From assembly GCF_001194135.2 (NCBI RefSeq), contig NC_068994.1, forward strand, positions 40,789,312 to 40,853,206: DNA of 63,895 nucleotides. The letters run 5' to 3'. The notes under the pieces were generated by a model that ran no database searches, was not told the DNA's origin, and worked only from the letters and a program-made list of their open reading frames with translations. This document shows, in pieces, positions 1 through 12,308 of this stretch. Both the position numbers and the translations under genes were made by a program. Within the stretch, counting starts at the first letter, position 1, and each line of letters opens with the position of its first letter. This DNA is from Octopus bimaculoides (lineage: Eukaryota).

Positions 1-31
1 TCTCTCTCCTTTGCCTGAAAACCACCCATGC

Positions 32-186
32 TGGCCCCATGTGAAAAACCCTCCGTACACTCTGTAAAGTGGTTGTCAGTATGAAGGGTATCCAGCCATA
101 GAAACCAAACCAAAACAGCTGACTGGGGCCTGGTACAGCCCTCCAGCCTTGCCAGCATGGAAAACAGACATTAAATGATGATGATC
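32..186 (+). mobile_element. 3' end of RTE-clade LINE (family D 3' UTR)
   Basis: GAAGGGTATCCAGCCATAGAAAC and CCAGCATGGAAAACAGACATTAAATGATGATGAT tail, matching the better-preserved copies at 26.1 and 33.2 kb. Confidence 0.6.
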
Positions 187-245
187 AAGATCACACACAC
201 ACACACACACACACACAAACAAGTACATATACATATGCATATATA

Positions 246-428
246 GGTGCAGGCGTGACTGTGTAGTAAGAAGCTTGCTTCCCAACCACATGGTTCTGGG
301 TTCAGTCCCACAACTTGGCACGTTGGCCAAGTGTCTTCTACAATAGATCTGGGCCAACCAAAGCCTTGTGAGCGGATTTGGTAGACAGAAATTGAAAGAA
401 GCCAGTTACATATGTATATGTATGTGTA

Positions 429-461
<33 letters not shown>

Positions 462-680
462 CTTTTTGTTTGTCCACGCTACATTGCTTGACAACTGATG
501 CTGGTACATTTACATCCCTGTAACTTAGCAGTTCAGCAAAAGAGGCCAAAAGAATAAGTACTAGGCATACAAAGAATAAGTTTTGGAGTCGATTTCTTCA
601 ACTACAAAAAAACCCTTTGAAGGCAGTGCTCCAGCAAGGCCACAGTAAAATGACTGAAACAAGTAAAAGAAATAAAAAAG
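246..680 (+). mobile_element. tRNA-derived SINE, family A
   Basis: Pol III A-box-like GTGACTGTGTAGT and B-box GGTTCAGTCC, CCTTGGGCAAG-like body, internal (TA)/(TG)n tract, tail GACTGAAACAAGTAAAAGA; many copies in the window. Confidence 0.85.
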
Positions 681-844
681 TACATGGGTATGACTATAAG
701 CAGCATCTGGTGCAGGGGTCCCTGGGTTTTGAGGAGTGTGGAATTACCTCTCAATTATTATTTGCTTCTAGGTCTATACTGACCCAAAGTAATAGCACCT
801 TTCAGGGTCCTGGCTATAGGTTAACATGCCTGATTATATGAAAG

Positions 845-1012
845 GTTATGATTTTACTTAGCTGGGCATGTCTTCTCAAGCATAGCAAACTGCGAGAAGT
901 CTTGGTCCCTTGTCATCTCCTCTATGAGGCCCAGCGTCTGAAAATCCTTTTTTATCACCATGTACCATGTCTTCCTAAGTCTATCCCTTCCACAGGTTCC
1001 CTCCACAATTAG
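845..1012 (-). mobile_element. RTE-clade LINE, decayed C-terminus of ORF
   Basis: Minus strand reads EGTCGRDRLRKTW, then a frameshifted LGL-E-MT-D-D--W--A-LEK segment (RTE GRP-K-W C-terminal pattern); the same segment is joined to the family D 3' UTR at 20.3-20.45 kb. Confidence 0.65.
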
Positions 1013-1029
1013 AGTGTAAAATAAAAAAA

Positions 1030-1730
1030 ATTATATTGATAAAACTTGTCTCCAGATTGTTATGGCTGTCCCCCAAAGATAACAATATCACAGTCAAAGA
1101 ACTCAATAAAAATACAGAAGTACAATAACCTAGGTATGGAAATTGCCAAAATGTGGAAGATGACATCCACTATAGTATGTTTGCATTGGGACTGTGAAAG
1201 GAGCACAAAAATTTCATTGACATGATTATCAGGAAAACCATGCTTAAAGATCATAAAATATATCTGCCAACTAAATGTGGCAGTTCCATAGAGGACGATG
1301 TTACTGTTGTTTTTAGCCCCAGGAAGACATCTCCTCCAGCTGGCTAAGGACACATTGTGTCCGATTGGTATTTGCAAGGGGAGGTCATCGCTCCCATCTC
1401 TGTCCTTACGTGATACACACACACTCAGGTTTCTGGGTAGTTACCTGTCTTCAGTGTGTAATAATCACTAGCTAGTGATGCAAACTCATTCCACTCACAA
1501 AATACTATGCTTTTTTCAGCGACAAACTGTCGCTGATCTCAAAAAAGGAGAAATAAGCTATATCAAATCTCTGAGCGAGAGGTAAGCAATAACAGTATGG
1601 AATTGTAAAATATATTTGCCAACTAAATATGGCAATCCCATAGAGGATGATGTTACTACTTAAAGGAACACTGAAAAATAATCCTATTTGGCACAGTGCA
1701 CATTATATGTAGAACATTATCTCTTTAAAT
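1030..1730 (+). mobile_element. Decayed fragments of a restriction-like-endonuclease (R4/NeSL-type) non-LTR retrotransposon
   Basis: Translations KTCLQIVMAVPKDNNITVKELNK / KIQKYNNLGMEIAKMWKM and terminal KIILFGTVHIICRTLSL* match the RLE C-terminal pattern (D-AVP-D..KE.EK..KY..L..EI..MW..GTA.I.R..L); frameshifts and stops present. Confidence 0.6.
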
Positions 1731-1929
1731 TCCATAGTTTATGGGATTGTTATTGAGCACTCTAATGTACATGTGCTTTTTTAAATAATTTCTCCAATCC
1801 TAGCACTTCTTGACATCATATAATCGTCCAGAATATCAAGAATGTTATATCCATTATCTACCTCAGGTTTGGTGCCCTATGGATTATATGTAATACAGCA
1901 CATATCATGGAAATTTTTTCATAGCAATA

Positions 1930-2290
1930 ATAAGAGCACTCAGAGAGTGCAAACCTCCACCAAGGCAAAACCAACATCCTCTCAATGATTAGCCAGAGAT
2001 GATTCTTAAAATGAGAATATCTGAAATAAACTCGACTGCTCTCACAAGTGAGAATACTGAAAATGAACCTCTCCGCTCTCAAAAATTAAGTGAAAATCAA
2101 GAAAAATAATCCAGAATCCTTGTCTGGTACCAGATAAATCCCAAAATTTAATCAGTTTGTGCCAGTTACGAGGCCAAGCATCCCTGAAAGTTTCATGTGA
2201 ATTCATCTGGTGGTTCTTGAGATATCTTGTCCATGGACAAACAAATACAATTGAAAACAATACCGCTGCCTTTGCTAAGGCAGATGTAAT
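1930..2290 (-). mobile_element. Helentron-associated non-autonomous element (HINE-like)
   Basis: Minus strand: 5' ATTATTACATCTGCCTTAGCAAAGGCAGCGGT (palindromic subTIR); 3' CCTTGGTGGAGGTTTGCACTC-TCT-GAGTGC-TCTT (subTIR plus stem-loop); no coding capacity. Confidence 0.6.
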
Positions 2291-2964
2291 AATGGTTTCA
2301 AACTTTGGCAGCAATGTTGGAGGAACGAGTAAGTCGATATTATCAATGCTAGGGCTTGGTTGGTACTTATTTTATCAATCTTGAAATGATGAAAGGTAAT
2401 GTCGACCTCAGTGGAATTTGAACTCAAAATGTAAAGAAGGACAAAATGCCACTAAGCATCTTGTCCACCAAGTTAACGATTCTACTAGCTCACCACCTTA
2501 TTTTTCATAATAATAATAATCCTTTGTGCTATAGGCACAAGGCCTGAAATTTTGTAGGGAGGGCCTTGTTGATTACATTGATCCCAGTGTGCAACTGGTA
2601 TTTATTTCATTGACTCTGAAACGATGAAAGGCAAAGTTAACCTCAGCAGGATTTGAACCCAGAATGTAAAGATGGATGAACTGCATTTTGTCCGGCATGC
2701 TAACACTTTGGCCAGCTCACTGCCTCTTTCATAATAATAATAATAATAGTCCTTTCTACTATAGGCACAAGGCCTGAAATTTAGGGAGAGAGGAATAGTC
2801 AATTATATCGACTTCAGTGTTTCACTGGTCCTTAATTTACTTACCCTGAAAGAATGAAAGGCAAAGTTGACCTTGGTGGAATTTGAACTCAGAATGTGGC
2901 GATGGGTGAAATACTGCAAAGTATTTTTTCCAGCATATTAATGATTCTGCCGGCTAGCCACCTT
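2291..2964 (-). mobile_element. Three head-to-tail family C SINEs (about 2291-2500, 2507-2725, 2731-2964)
   Basis: Each has an AAGG..GAGCT(G/A)G.AGAA head, a GAGTTCAAAT B-box, a GACTTTGCCTTTCATC..T.GA.AAA.AAGTACCA core and an (ATT)n-type tail. Confidence 0.85.
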
Positions 2965-3382
2965 CGTAATAATAATAATGATAATAATGATGACCTTATT
3001 GCATATACTAGTGCTTAAGAGTATTACAGCTAATTTGAAAAGACTAAAAGAGAAGGACAAAAAGCAGCAATAAGTCAAGTAAAGAAATACAGCAATGGAA
3101 ACCAGAAGGGTTTGCACAGTTTACAGAACAAAACACAAAGAAGACAGAATAGCAAGCAACAAAAGTGTCATAAAGAGGAAAGGGTGCATAGGCACCTTAA
3201 AAATAACTCTTCCAAAGAAAGAAAACATTAAGAGGATCCACCCTACAAGGAAGATGCTCAAAAGGAGTTTTGTTCTGCCTTGCAAACTTTACTTCTGTGA
3301 CCCTGCTTACAAGGCCTTGTGTTGCAGCCCTGAAAGCAGTTATGAGATATGCCATTATTTTTCAGTGATTCATTAGATCATA

Positions 3383-3446
3383 GTGCTGCTGCTGCTGCTG
3401 CTACTACTACTACTACTACTACTGTCACCATCCTCTACTGCTGTTG

Positions 3447-3484
<38 letters not shown>

Positions 3485-3505
3485 GTCACCATNNNNNNNN
3501 NNTTG

Positions 3506-3540
<35 letters not shown>

Positions 3541-3547
3541 GTCACCA

Positions 3548-3618
<71 letters not shown>

Positions 3619-3620
3619 AA
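3383..3620. repeat. Compound (CTG)n/(CTA)n microsatellite with repeated GTCACCAT interruptions
   Basis: Direct reading; contains a 10-N gap. Confidence 0.95.
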
Positions 3621-3757
3621 TTACTTCTACTGCATCCCTTTAACTTTTTTTTTCTTCTTCTGAATCACAAATGCTCACAAAGATGAAGCTCTGATTCGGC
3701 AGAAAATATTCATGAGATGAGAGACATGGAAAAGACGGACACTATTTTGCTCTGGAC

Positions 3758-3968
3758 TGGTGTTTCTCAACCATTTTAAAAACCTTTGCTTTCTCATTTT
3801 ACTTGGATTCACCCTCCAAACCATTCGATGTTAAAAATATCCTATTCTATTTTTTTCTTCAATAAAAAAATAATTACTAAAACATTTTGTGTATTGTAGA
3901 AACAAAGTCAATTTATTGCAGATAAATTCCAACAAAATCTCATATGGGCCCCTTGTTCAGAACCAACG
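3758..3968. mobile_element. hAT/Charlie-type MITE
   Basis: Degenerate 15-bp TIRs TGGTGTTTCTCAACC / TGTTCAGAACCAACG; 8-bp flanks CTCTGGAC / CTGTAGAC (6/8, NTCTAGAN-like target); shares ATATGAGATTTTG in inverted orientation with the 14.3-kb MITE. Confidence 0.65.
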
Positions 3969-4267
3969 CTGTAGACAATTACTCTTCTTTCTAGCTGCAA
4001 GCAAGGCTGTGTAATTACGGATTTCTCTTAATAACTGTTGGTACTTCATGGTTCAATCCCATTGCACAGTACAGCACATATGTGATTGCTTGCCCTGGCT
4101 ACAAATTGCTGCAGAAGAATCTCCCTCAAACTGCACTTTGCTGTTGTTTGTGATCTTAAATAAAGAAAGGTCAGAATGGATAATGGTAGTCCAAGACAAA
4201 ACCACTTCGAATGGACGAGTGTCACATCTGGAAAAAACCCTCAGATCTTAGGTCTACAGGGCAGGGA

Positions 4268-4920
<653 letters not shown>

Positions 4921-5344
4921 ATGTAGCTTCTACTGCTGCGGTTGTTACTTACACTGCTGGGTGATGCAGCAGCCCAGCTCCTTCCTTCTCTCTCTCTCTC
5001 TCTCTCTTTCTCTCACATCTACCACAATGTCAGACATCTGACAGATTCCTTAGAATGTTGAACATTATGTCATGATGTGTTTAGTTTCAGAGCCTCATCG
5101 TTTTGAGTTCAAATCCAGCCAGGGCCAAATTTGCTTTCCATCTTCCCTCGGGGTGGTGTTTGATAAAAAATAATACCTAGATATTTCCACACATGCATGC
5201 GCACATGCACATGCACACGCCTCCACACATGCACATGCGCACACATACACACATGCATGAACACACACACACGTTCACACACACATTCACACACATATGT
5301 ACACACACATGCACACACGCCCCCACACATACACAAACACTAAC

Positions 5345-5502
5345 AACCAAATTGGATAGACGAATGTTGAGGTGGTTTGGCCACATGGAGAGGATGGATG
5401 AGGAGCAAATGGTAAGGAGGGTGATGAAGGCTGAAGTGGTAGGCAGCAGAACCAGAGGCAGGCCTCAGTTTGTGTGGATAGGTAGAGTGAGGAAAGCTTT
5501 CC
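5345..5502 (+). mobile_element. RTE-type LINE fragment (post-RT C-terminal region)
   Basis: In ORF 5193..5636: RMLRWFGHMERMDEEQMVRRVMKAEVVGSRTRGRPQFVW, the LRWxGHxxRM...GxRxRGRP..W motif of RTE-group ORFs. Confidence 0.7.
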
Positions 5503-5711
5503 AGGTACCAAATTTGTTCACAAGGCATTGTTCAGCCCAGGGTATTGTTAAAGAATTTACTACAAGGCAATTTGCTGGGGAATTGAACCAAAGGCCAGAA
5601 TGTTGCAAAGTGGGCTTTGTCACCGCACAGCGATGACTGATTCTATAATTACTTCTTTGAATCCAGATACAAGGTATGAAATTGCGAGGGGAGAGGAGGG
5701 AAGGGAGGGGG

Positions 5712-5845
5712 CGGTTAGTTGATTAAACTGAGCCCCCAGTATATGACTGGTGCTTTATTTTTTTTGAGCCTGTAAAGATGAAAGGCAAAGTGAACCTTGG
5801 TGGAATTTGAACTCAGAACATAAAGACGGACAAAATGCCACACAG
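5712..5845 (-). mobile_element. Family C SINE, head truncated at a microsatellite
   Basis: AAGATGAAAGGCAAAGTGAACCTTGGTGGAATTTGAACTCAGAAC on the + strand. Confidence 0.75.
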
Positions 5846-5963
5846 TACTGCTGCTGCTGCTGCTACTACCACTACTACTACTACAACTACTACTACAGCA
5901 GCAGCAGCAGCTGCAACTACTGCTAGTACTACTGCTGCAACTACTACAGCATCTACTACCACC

Positions 5964-6019
<56 letters not shown>

Positions 6020-6024
6020 AGCAT

Positions 6025-6056
<32 letters not shown>

Positions 6057-6082
6057 GCTACTGCTGCTGCTGCTGCTGCAGC
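5846..6082. repeat. Compound (CTG)/(CTA)/(CCA)/(CAG) microsatellite
   Basis: Direct reading. Confidence 0.95.
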
Positions 6083-6171
6083 ATGGTGGTGTCCTTTCAT
6101 TCTGTAGAAGTACCCAAGTACAATAAGCATCCTTAGTAACTGAAGGATTATCTATGATCACAGTAATTAAT

Positions 6172-6330
6172 ATTGGTTTCATATTTTGGCACAAGGCCAG
6201 CCAGCAATCTCAGGGTTGGGGCTAAGTCGATTACATCGACCCCAGTGTTCAACTGATACTTATTTTATCAACCCTGAAAGGATGAAAGGCAAAGACGACC
6301 CCAGCGGAATTTGAACTCAGGACACGAAGA
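6172..6330 (-). mobile_element. Family C SINE (partial)
   Basis: GAAAGGATGAAAGGCAAAGACGACCCCAGCGGAATTTGAACTCAG plus tail. Confidence 0.75.
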
Positions 6331-6487
6331 CATTCAAACAGTGTTTAATACTGAACTGTGATTTGATCCTGTGTCATTTTCATAATAAGAAACTAGTTTT
6401 TATTTGCAGAGACCCTATGATCAAAACCATTCCAGCCATGACCATCCACACTTTTGTTTTCTTTTACTTTTTAAGGAACTCACTTTG

Positions 6488-6800
6488 CAACCATGTGATC
6501 TTGGGTTCAATTCCATTGCATTGCACCTTAGGCAAGTGTGTTCTTCTTTAGCTGCAGGCTGAACTGTACTGAAGCCTGTCTCGTGTGCATGTGCATGCGT
6601 GTGATTGTGTTTGTGTTTGTCCTCACCTACTGTGTAATTGACAACCAGTGTTGGTTTGTTTACATCTCCATAATTTGGCAAAAGAGATTGCTAGAATGAA
6701 TAAGTGCCACTCTTGAAATAAAAGTGATGTTTGCTCGACTAAACCGTTCATGGTGGCGCCCCAGCATGGCCACAATTCAATGACTGAAACAAGTAAAAGA
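6488..6800 (+). mobile_element. Family A SINE (diverged)
   Basis: GGGTTCAATTCC B-box, CCTTAGGCAAGTG, tail GACTGAAACAAGTAAAAGA. Confidence 0.75.
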
Positions 6801-6821
6801 TGCCAAAATATATACTTTTCT

Positions 6822-6945
6822 ACTTTAGGCACAAGGCCCAAAATTTTGAGGGAGGGGGCCAGTCGATTAAATTGACCCTAGTACAGAACTGGTACTTAGT
6901 TTATTGACTCTGAAAGGATGAAGGGCAAAGTTGACCTCAGCAGAG
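6822..6945 (-). mobile_element. Family C SINE (3' half)
   Basis: Tail CTTTTCTACTTTAGGCACAAGGCCC and core GAAAGGATGAAGGGCAAAGTTGACCTC. Confidence 0.75.
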
Positions 6946-7105
6946 ATGCTAAAATATATAAATATGGTAGAGCAGTGATGGCGTAGTTGGTGTTTTTTAG
7001 CCCTGGTGAGCCTGATTGAGTAGACTAATGATCAAAGGCTTTCCAACTGTGACCACCTGGTCTTTCTCTTTATCTGGAACTACATTCTGGTATCTCCCGA
7101 TCAAC

Positions 7106-7746
7106 AAGGTGCCAAGCTGGCAGAATGTTAGCCTGTCAGGTAAAATACTTAATGGCATTTCGTCTGTCTTTACTTTCTGAGCTCAAATTCCACTGAGGCT
7201 GACTTGGCCTTACAGCTTTTTAAGGACAATAAAATAAGTACCAGTTATGTACTGGGGTCAATGTAATCGACTCATCCATTCCCCTGAACCTGCTGGCCCT
7301 GTGCCAAAATTTGAAACCATTATAATTATCATTACAAGGCAGTGAGGTGGCAGAAACGTTAGCACGCCAGGCGAAATGCTTAGCGGTATTTCGTCTGTCT
7401 TTACATTCTGAGTTCAAATTCCACCGAGGTCGACTTTGTCTTTTATCCTTTCGGGGTCAATAAATTAGGTACCAGTCGCTTACTGGAGTCGATCTAATCG
7501 ACTGGCCCCCTCCCTCAAAATTTCGGGTTTGTGCCTAGAGTAGAAAAGAATTGATACCATGCCAGGTAAAATGCTTAGCAGCATTTCAGCTGTCTTTGTG
7601 TTCTGAGTTCAAATTCTGTCAAAGTTGACTTTGTCTTTTTATCCTACCAAGGACAATAAAATAAGTACCAGTTGAGCACTGGAGTTGGGGTAATCGACCT
7701 AGCCCCTCCCCCAAAATTGCTGACCTTGTGCCAAAATTCGAAACTA
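7106..7746 (+). mobile_element. Three head-to-tail family C SINEs (about 7106-7310, 7336-7552, 7556-7746)
   Basis: Repeated head, B-box, core and tail; the middle copy is well preserved (GAGTTCAAATTCCACCGAGGTCGACTTTGTC). Confidence 0.85.
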
Positions 7747-7844
7747 ATATATCCTCTTACATGTTACTATTTAAGATGACAGGGTGCGATTGGAGGGAGA
7801 GTTGTCTGCTATTTCTAGCAGAACAAGTGGCTACATTAAAGGTA

Positions 7845-8170
7845 GCCTTGATCGGTGTTGATGCTGGTTATTGTGGTGGCTGTGCTGGTATTGCTGATGG
7901 CGGGGAGAGCGTCGGCGGTAGTGGAAGTACTGTAGGCGGGGGATGGATGTGGCATTGTCTGTGGTGGTGACAGCAATGGAGATGGTCGGTATATCGTTGT
8001 TGTTGATGATGGTGTTATCGTATTTATTGCTTGTTAGGGGCGGTCGTGGTGGTTGTGTTGGTGGCGGTGGTGTTTGTCGTGGCATTAGTACTGTTACCGA
8101 TGCTGGTTGTGGCGGTGCTAGTGATGCCGGTGATGGAGGGTGCTGCTTCTGCTATGATAGGTGGTGATGT
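7845..8170. repeat. Cryptic (GGT/GAT/GTT)-rich low-complexity tract
   Basis: Degenerate 3-nt periodicity; source of several Val/Gly-rich pseudo-ORFs. Confidence 0.8.
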
Positions 8171-8844
8171 ATCAGAGACTTGTATCAACATTCTGACCGC
8201 AGCCCCACAAAAAAAAAAAAAATTAACGTTTTCTTTTCTCGATTAGAGTTGACTTCGGCTACACAACAATAAGAATACAAACAAAAATATGTTTTAAAAT
8301 AAATGAAATGATTCTCTACTAAAATTACGAAACGATCACATTCTTTTGAAATTAAATTCCTTCTCGAGATTATGCGAACACGCACGCACACACGCACATA
8401 TCCGCTTGCGAGTGTATGTTTGTGCGTGAGCGCACACCCCGGCGTGTGTGCAATATCAACTCAATGATGGTTGCACAAAGTTGTCTCCCTTAGACCATAA
8501 ATTACTTCTTTTTTAAAGTTTTTACTTTTAATCTTAAATATAAATCCAGCCGCTTCATGTTCGTTCGACCTGTTAGAAACTGTAACTAAATTTCACTTAA
8601 CTGAAATACCTACTGACTTAAACAAAAACTGATTAATAAATATATAAATAAGTGATATATTAGACTGCCTTGCATGTTCGAAGGCAAAATTATAAACAAA
8701 AAACAAACGTAGGATGGTCCTATAGGGAATAATTTCGCTCAGTGGTCCGCTCAGTGGTCCACTCAGTCAGTCAGTCAGACCTAGGGATAACCGATAACAA
8801 AATTAATATTACTTCCACACGACTTCTTTATTTTAATTTGCACA

Positions 8845-9000
8845 GGTAAGGCCGTGCAGTTAAGAAGCTCGCATTGCCACTGTGTAGTTTCAGGTTCAGT
8901 TCTGTTCTGCTCTGTGAGCAAGTTTCGTCTATAGCCCCAGGCTGGCCAATGTCTTGTGAATGAAGTTGGAAAGCAGAAACTGCGTGGAAACCTGTTGTAG
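8845..9000 (+). mobile_element. Family A SINE, 5' half running into a microsatellite and gap
   Basis: GGCCGTGCAGTTAAGAAGCTCGC head, GGTTCAGTTC B-box, CTATAGCCCCAGGCTGGCCAA body. Confidence 0.65.
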
Positions 9001-9081
9001 ACACACACACGCGCGTGCAAGCACACACACATATATATGTATGTATACATATGCAAACGCACACACACACATACATGTACC

Positions 9082-9144
<63 letters not shown>

Positions 9145-9701
9145 GTGTGTGTGCGTGTGTATATATATATATATATANNNNNNNNNNNNNNNNNNNNNNN
9201 NNNNNNNNNNNNNNNNNNNNNNNNNNNNNNNNNNNNNNNNNNNNNNNNNNNNNNNNNNNNNNNNNNNNNNNNNNNNNNNNNNNNNNNNNNNNNNNNNNNN
9301 NNNNNNNNNNNNNNNNNNNNNNNNNNNNNNNNNNNNNNNNNNNNNNNNNNNNNNNNNNNNNNNNNNNNNNNNNNNNNNNNNNNNNNNNNNNNNNNNNNNN
9401 NNNNNNNNNNNNNNNNNNNNNNNNNNNNNNNNNNNNNNNNNNNNNNNNNNNNNNNNNNNNNNNNNNNNNNNNNNNNNNNNNNNNNNNNNNNNNNNNNNNN
9501 NNNNNNNNNNNNNNNNNNNNNNNNNNNNNNNNNNNNNNNNNNNNNNNNNNNNNNNNNNNNNNNNTATAAGAGAATAAGAATAAGAATGGAAAAAATAACA
9601 TCTTTAATTGGAGATTACACTATACAATACCAATCGTCTGTAATCGATGGTGTAATTATCAATTAGACACGTGATTTTCTCCATTCTTATTCTTGTTGCT
9701 T

Positions 9702-9747
<46 letters not shown>

Positions 9748-9748
<1 letters not shown>

Positions 9749-9985
9749 TGAAGGCACATAGCTCAGTGGTTTGGACGTTGAGCTTACGATCGCGAGGTTG
9801 TGAATTCGAATCCCAGGCAGGGCTGTGAATTGTGTTCTTGAGCAAGACACTTTATTTCACATTGCTCCAGTTCACGCAGCTGTAGAAATGAGTTGCGACG
9901 TCATAGGTGCCAAGCTGTATCGCGGCCTTTGCCTTCTCCCTTGGACAACACTGGTGACGTGGAGAGGGGAGACCGGAGAGGGGAG
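9748..9985 (+). mobile_element. tRNA-derived SINE, family B (CORE-like domain)
   Basis: A-box TAGCTCAGTGG, B-box AATTCGAATCCC, then GTGTTCTTGAGCAAGACACTTTATTTCACATTGCTCCAGTTCACGCAGCTGTAGAAATG, resembling the CORE-SINE domain. Confidence 0.85.
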
Positions 9986-10249
9986 ACATTACAATACATT
10001 AAATAGATATCATTTTATTACTGGTCTTGTTTATTCGATCTAATGAAAGTAAATCTATATTGCAAGAAATAGTAACCAAATCTTAATCATGGCATTGTCA
10101 CAGCTTCAATATATTTGACTGTAGATCACTTCTATCCGTACTAACCAAGACGTTGGAAAACAGGAAGCAGCATTTACTTTGGAGGAGTTATTTCCCTTAC
10201 ATCTGAACTTCTTAAAAAATTTAAACCTCTTACGTTATTCTTGATGAAA

Positions 10250-10450
10250 TACACTGTCATATTTGATGGCGTTTTATACGCATTTTTTTTCCCAAAAACA
10301 TGTCTCGTAAAGTCATTCTCAGTCCTATATGTAAGGTTGTTCTAAACATTAAATGCTATGAGGCCTTAAAAAATTTTCCTTGAATATGTGCCTTTGAAAT
10401 TGGGGTGCATCTTATATGCCAATGTGTCTCTTATGCCATAAGATGCCGTA
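10250..10450. mobile_element. Possible pogo/Tigger-type MITE (decayed)
   Basis: Right end GGGTGCATCTTATATGCCAATGTGTCTCTTATGCCATAAGATGCCGTA and left end TACACTGTCATATTTGATGGCGTTTTATACGCA resemble TACCGTA..GGCGTATAAGACGCA-type termini. Confidence 0.4.
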
Positions 10451-10845
10451 CTTTTGCTTCAAATAATTAAGAAAATAATGAAGAATTTATCAAAATAACT
10501 TAGTCATTATTAAGCTGGTGTTTGAAACATTAACTAGCACAAAATTTTAATGGAAGGTTTTTAATGGGGATAACTTCATTCAGGAAGGATGTGGTAGCAG
10601 AGGGGTTTCCAGTCACGACCTGCATGATGTCTGGCCCTCTTAGAATTTAAAGTATTTGGGCCAAAAATATTTGCATGAGGTGAGAAGGCTTCTCTGAAAC
10701 ATTCTGCTATTCAGTTCTTCTTAGAGCTTCTTACTACCTATGAGCAATCATTGTTGCATCTGTCTACACCTTGAAAAGACTCCCTTCTGTGGGATGCACC
10801 TAGAAAGTTACCCTCCAAGGCACAAGTCTGAGCACAGTTGTTTAC

Positions 10846-11090
10846 GGAAGACCAGCAGTCACCCATGCATACCAGCCTCTCTCTCCACACCACTGATGTT
10901 ATCCAAGGAAAAGGTAAAGGCTGATACAGCTTTGCACCAGTGACATCACAACTCATTTCTACAGCTGAGTGAACTGGAGCAATGTGAAATAAAGTGTCTT
11001 GCTCAAGAACACAACATACAGCCTAGTCCAGGAATTGAACTCACTCCCTCATTATTGTGAGCCCAATGCTCTAACCACAGAGCCATATGA
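10846..11090 (-). mobile_element. Family B SINE
   Basis: Reverse complement of the 9748 copy: CATTTCTACAGCTGAGTGAACTGGAGCAATGTGAAATAAAGTGTCTTGCTCAAGAACAC. Confidence 0.85.
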
Positions 11091-11324
11091 GCAGATATAC
11101 ACAGACACATATGACATATATGTATATGCATGAGTACACAAATACGCTCATACATAAACATGCAGATCTACATTTGTACATGCATTTTCACACACATATA
11201 TGGACAAAGTCATATTCATACACAATGCTGCATAAGTACACAAACACATGAATGCCAATTCATATATAGAAACAGTTAAACATTCCCCATACACATACAC
11301 ACACATATAGATAGACAGACAAGC

Positions 11325-11358
<34 letters not shown>

Positions 11359-11421
11359 ATTTATAGAGAGGTAGATACATCGATAGATAAACACATGCAC
11401 ACACACACGTGCATACACATA

Positions 11422-12308
11422 CAAGGTGTGGTGAATAAACTGTCGTCCAAATCACACAAAAATGAAAATAACACTGACATCTCATTTTAACATATATTTA
11501 CCAAAATTACATAAAAATATCTTGAAATGCTATAGAGTAAATTTATTCAATAAAATCGTCATTGCCTTCAGCCATGGCCTCCAGACGACTTTGGAATCTC
11601 CTGCAACTCTTCCAGATAGTCTTCTTGTTTAAGTTGGTGAATGCTGCCATAATCCTTGCCTTCAGTTCATCTTTGGTGTTACAAGGAGTTTTGTTAGTCT
11701 CTCGCTCAACTGTACCCCACACATAATAATTAAGGGGGCTGCAGTTTGGAGAGTTAGATGACCAGATACTAGGAGTGATGTGGTCGCAGAAATTGTCTGA
11801 CAGCCATGACTGGGTTCTCTTCTTGTGTGGCATGGTGCAAAGTCTTGTTGCCAGAAATAGGGTCTTCCATTGGCAACCCTCTTGACCCAGAGCAGCACTA
11901 CCTCCTCCAGGCACTTGATGTAGGCCTCTCTGTTGAATCTGAGGCTGTGTGGGAAGATGAATGGAGGCATAATGTCACCATCACTAGTGATCACTCCAAA
12001 CACGAAGATGTTGACTGGATATTTGATTTTTATCACATTTGGTACATGTCCTCAGATCACACTGTCCTCAGATTGACACCTAAACACCCTGCAATGAATG
12101 TATTGGAGCTTCAGGCACAAATTCCAAGCAGTACAACATATGGCTTCCGGTTTCCAAGTTCCTGCCATAGTGAATCGTGTCATAGTCCTGGTTTTCTTAC
12201 AGATGGTGCCCAACTGACCCTACTATACTGTGTAGTCGACAAAATCAAACACAAACAATGCACATGCACAAAATTAGAATTATAAAATGACGACAATTTA
12301 CCCATCGC

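Noticed and set aside
3000-3376. Purine-rich, Lys-rich ORFs (e.g. 3095..3376)
   Set aside because: No recognisable domain or splice context; possibly an unclassified decayed repeat.
9748-9825. tRNA-like sequence with A and B boxes (also the heads of other SINEs)
   Set aside because: It continues directly into a SINE body, has no clean acceptor stem or terminator, and is multi-copy and diverged; it is a SINE head, not a tRNA gene.
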